From: Paragordius varius
Taxonomy: Eukaryota > Animalia > Nematomorpha
Assembly: GCA_964247055.1 (NCBI GenBank)
Contig: OZ176052.1
Coordinates: 1,736,001-1,800,000 of the forward strand
Reading direction: 5' to 3'
DNA length: 64,000 nucleotides
The translations under genes and the position numbers were made by a program. The first letter of the stretch is position 1. Each line of letters starts with the position of its first letter. The notes under the pieces are model-generated. The model saw only the letters and a program-made list of their open reading frames with translations. It had not been told where the DNA came from and did not search any database. Shown here piece after piece: positions 60,630-64,000 of this stretch.

Positions 60630-63600
60630 ATGGATGATATTTTTAAAAAAGTTTTGGAGTTGTTGCCTGGGTCAGATAGTGTTATTTTTAAAGCAATAGA
60701 AAGTAACTATTATTTTATATCTAATATAAATATTTTATTTGATAACTTCATCTGCTTATATTAAATTTTGTATATCACTTCTGAATAATTATAATCGATA
60801 ATTGTATATAATTGGTGTCCAATTTTTATGATTTGTTTTGATGTAGAATTATATTTGCTTCAATAATAATAACAAACACATTTAACTCAAATTCAACGCA
60901 AAAATAAATTTGAAAATGCTTTAAAACAAAATGCCTTTTTAAAAAAAATTAATCGTTAAAATTTCCTCAATTAACATAATTGAAATAATAACATATTTAA
61001 AATAAAATTGAAAAGGATATTGAACAAAAGTGTATTTAAATCACATTTTTTTTGTATTCGAAAATTAGGTAAGTTAATAATTGGGAACTTATGTTAATAG
61101 ATATCAATTTAAATCTCGCTTACCTCCTTTGCAAGGAGAAAATAGCGTATAAAGGTGATATAATAAAATATTTTATTATACCTTCTGATCATATATATGT
61201 ATTGAAATCTTTTTTTGATTATTTTATATAAAAAATAAATTTTTTTATTTATAAAATTATTAAATAAACGGTGTAAATTTCATTTAGTTTTATTTTTAAA
61301 GATAGAGAGAGCTATTAGTGATTTTTTTAATTTCCTTACATAGCTACATTAAATTTATTGTTAATATAGATTTATAAATTTTATTGATTTATATATGGTG
61401 GTTAATTTTAAAATAAATTAAATTAATGACTTAATAATAATTTTCCTCTGGTATAATAATTGTCAAATATTTTGTGTGGATTTCGAATATTTATATATAT
61501 ATGTATTCGGTCGAACTGATACACTTTTAATAATTTAACTTGGATCTTATGAATATAGTTATATAAAACTTTTTGTCAATTAACATTTTTTCAATTATCA
61601 TTATGTTATTTAAATACGATAGATTTTCAAACAAGTCGTCCACAAATTGGGAATTATGATTTTATCAGGTACTTTTTATACAGCCTTTAAAGCACATTAT
61701 GGAATCTTATTAGAGTGAAAATTTGGTTAATTATGATTTAAGCAAAAATAACATTTTATATGCCTGAATACACTGACAATAAAACTCTTTCTCCAACAAT
61801 AAATGAATGACTTTTTAAGTCATTAATATTTTTTCTGCTTTTTGACAATGAATAATTCCCTTTTTCCAATACAATTAAATACCTCTTAATATACTTTATT
61901 TTGGCTAGTTATACTAATTATATTTAATCAAATAAAGTATTTTGTGTTAAAATAAAATTAAGTTTAGATAATTATCTGTATGTATTCACAATAATATAGA
62001 TAATAAAAATAATGTAGATACAATTAAAACTGTAAATTTAGCCTGGAAATTAAATAGGATTGGTTGAGAAAAATTTTTATACATACAATCAGATATTAAA
62101 AGTTTTCGCTTTTAAAACTTATTTTGAATTCACAAAAGACAGGATTTATCTCAAAAACTTTTAAAGTATGTCAGTGCAATTCAAACACGATATTTTTTTT
62201 ATATAACTAGATTAAAGTATATTGAAATTTTGGATTTGATGGTCAAGGGTGGGGATATTCCTTTAGCTATTACTTTGACTGGTTTTGAAGTAATTATTAA
62301 CATTACAATTTTTAATTTCCAAAAATTTTTTTTCAATAAAAGACAAATTATAAATGGAAAATGTGTCGCAAAATATTTATATTATTTCATAGATTTTAGT
62401 AAGAGAGGGCGAAACAGACAGCGAAAAAAAGCTTTTTGTCCACCAAAAAATAGATGGCGTAAAAACTAAAAGTGATTCAAGCTGTCCTCCCGATTTCTCC
62501 AACAACATTTTGATGAGTTTGTTATTTGCTCTAACGCATGGTTTAGTTGAAGAAATAACCGATAAATTTCGAATAATACAGGTTTTTTTTATTAATTATA
62601 AGCACCCATTGCTTTTAAATAAGGGTAGTGTTAAACAAAATAAAAATTATTATTATTTCCATAAAATTATGATTAATAATCAATTTTTTGTTATTCAAAC
62701 ATAACATATTATTTTATTTTTTTATTGTAACAAATTTTGATTGAAAAAATGATGATTTAGAATTTTTTTCTATCGCTTTTGATAATATTTAAGAATTTGA
62801 GTCATTAAATATTGGAAATAATGTTATTCTCATAAGATGTTTTGTTTAAAAGTGCTGTTTTTCCACGAAAGCTTAGCATAAGAGATTGTCATTACAAAGC
62901 TGTCCACCTTATTTGTTTTTTCCAATTTTAAAGGCTTTTATTAAAAATAATAATAAATATTTGGATATAAGTGTAATTGATAGGGGAATCAAATAAAATC
63001 ACTATATCTAAAAATGGAAATATAGTAGGATATTTAGGCATTCATTGGAATATATTTTCGATTTATATATATATTTATATATATATATATATTGTATAGG
63101 GCTTATTTTGCGCTTTCGATATATATATAAATGCAGATACCTTAGATATTTTATTGTATTTATTAATATTTTCTGTTAAAATAAATCATTTTATATATTT
63201 GTCATGTTAGCTTATCCATAATATAGCCACGCTTTACCCTCACCATTTTACACATCCTGGCCAATTTATCAAAATATATAAGGTAGGTTAACTAATTTTT
63301 TTAAATTTTTTTAAGTAAATAATATTTTTGTATAATATTTTATACCGTTTGCAAATATTCATTGACAATTCAAATTCACCCTAAAAATAAATACATTTGG
63401 CTCATTAATAAGAAATATATTCTTTTAGCATAGTTTATTATTTTTTCCGTATTAAATTAATTTTTAACTTAAATTTATTTTTTAAAAATATAAAAAAAAT
63501 ATGCAATTTTTAATCTTAAAAAACACATAATTTATTTTAGGGTGAATATGAATTTTCGGAAGGGTAAATTTGAACTGTAAATGGTATATATTTTAAAATT

Positions 63601-63862
63601 TTTAGCTGTTATTGCAAACGTACGAAACGGTGACCCACGAAACGCAACTTACAAAACGCATTAGAATTAATATCTTTCAAATGTTTCAAACTTACATTCA
63701 TTTTTATCATCAATTTTTGGAAAATGAATTTCATTCTAACGCAACTAATAATACCCCTGATCAAATTGATGATAAAAATTTATATTCACACCTCGAAATA
63801 ATGGCAAATATTGATAAACTCATTCTTTACGTATCGGATGATTGTAAATTTTATAATACCAA
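60630..63862 (+). CDS. ARFGEF3: ARFGEF3/BIG3-like protein, copy B (first five exons; continues beyond right edge)
   Basis: Exons 60630-60702, 61623-61668 (via downstream AG), 62211-62289, 62393-62581, 63606-63862; no stop codons; synonymous changes and an in-frame 9-nt indel relative to copy A. Confidence 0.72.
63341..63588. mobile_element. MITE family A copy (BIG3-B intron 4, same position as 2022-2270)
   Basis: Ends about 18 bp before the exon-5 acceptor, as in copy A, in the same relative orientation. Confidence 0.85.
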
Positions 63863-64000
63863 GTTTGTCGTTTTTATGGTTTTGTTTTCGATCTTTTAAT
63901 TTATTTCCTATAGAGAAATTATGTCAAATATGAAACAATCACAATAAAAATTAAGAATATAAAGAAAAATATAAAGAGTAAAGCTAAATTATTTTTTTGT

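Larger units (their letters stand above)
60585..64000. repeat. Right arm of long inverted duplication (pairs with 1640-5185)
   Basis: Collinear reverse-complement similarity up to the window edge. Confidence 0.95.

Noticed and set aside
62141-62165. Conserved micro-exon candidate (DLSQKLLK) in both BIG3 copies
   Set aside because: Not needed: exon 2 (phase 2) joins exon 3 directly and matches BIG3; the conservation reflects the duplication.
1640-64000. Inverted arms as TIRs of a giant ~62-kb transposon (Maverick-like)
   Set aside because: The arms are spliced host-gene sequence with diverged introns, and the interior has ordinary cellular genes with no integrase, polymerase B, capsid or intact transposase.

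Overview
Very AT-rich, intron-containing animal (metazoan-type) genomic DNA; the organism cannot be fixed from the sequence. All gene models were spliced by hand using GT-AG and phase consistency, and homology calls come from recalled protein motifs, not database searches. Gene order: 5' part of an ARFGEF3/BIG3-like gene (minus, runs off the left edge); LRR transmembrane protein (+); USH1G/Sans-like ankyrin scaffold (-); a transposon-dense block at about 19.9-28.5 kb (Tc1-like MITE, piggyBac-like MITE, RTE LINE relic split by a hAT MITE, a 3.3-kb hAT derivative with a nested Helitron, a second Helitron); intronless Arg/Ser-rich protamine-like gene (-); GNAT/YitH-type acetyltransferase (-) with a Mos1-like mariner in intron 1; RAB3GAP2 (+); inward-rectifier K+ channel (+); enlarged ChaC gamma-glutamylcyclotransferase (+); and the 5' part of a second ARFGEF3/BIG3-like copy (+, runs off the right edge). 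Most notable: (1) ultra-short 24-31-nt GT-AG introns coexisting with kb-size introns in the same genes; (2) an inverted duplication of the BIG3 5' end bracketing the whole ~55-kb block; (3) a candidate sperm nuclear basic protein; (4) non-autonomous Helitrons carrying ~460-510-bp internal tandem units; (5) conserved proteins with large low-complexity insertions or altered functional residues (Sans, ChaC, Kir). No rRNA, tRNA or CRISPR features were recognised.
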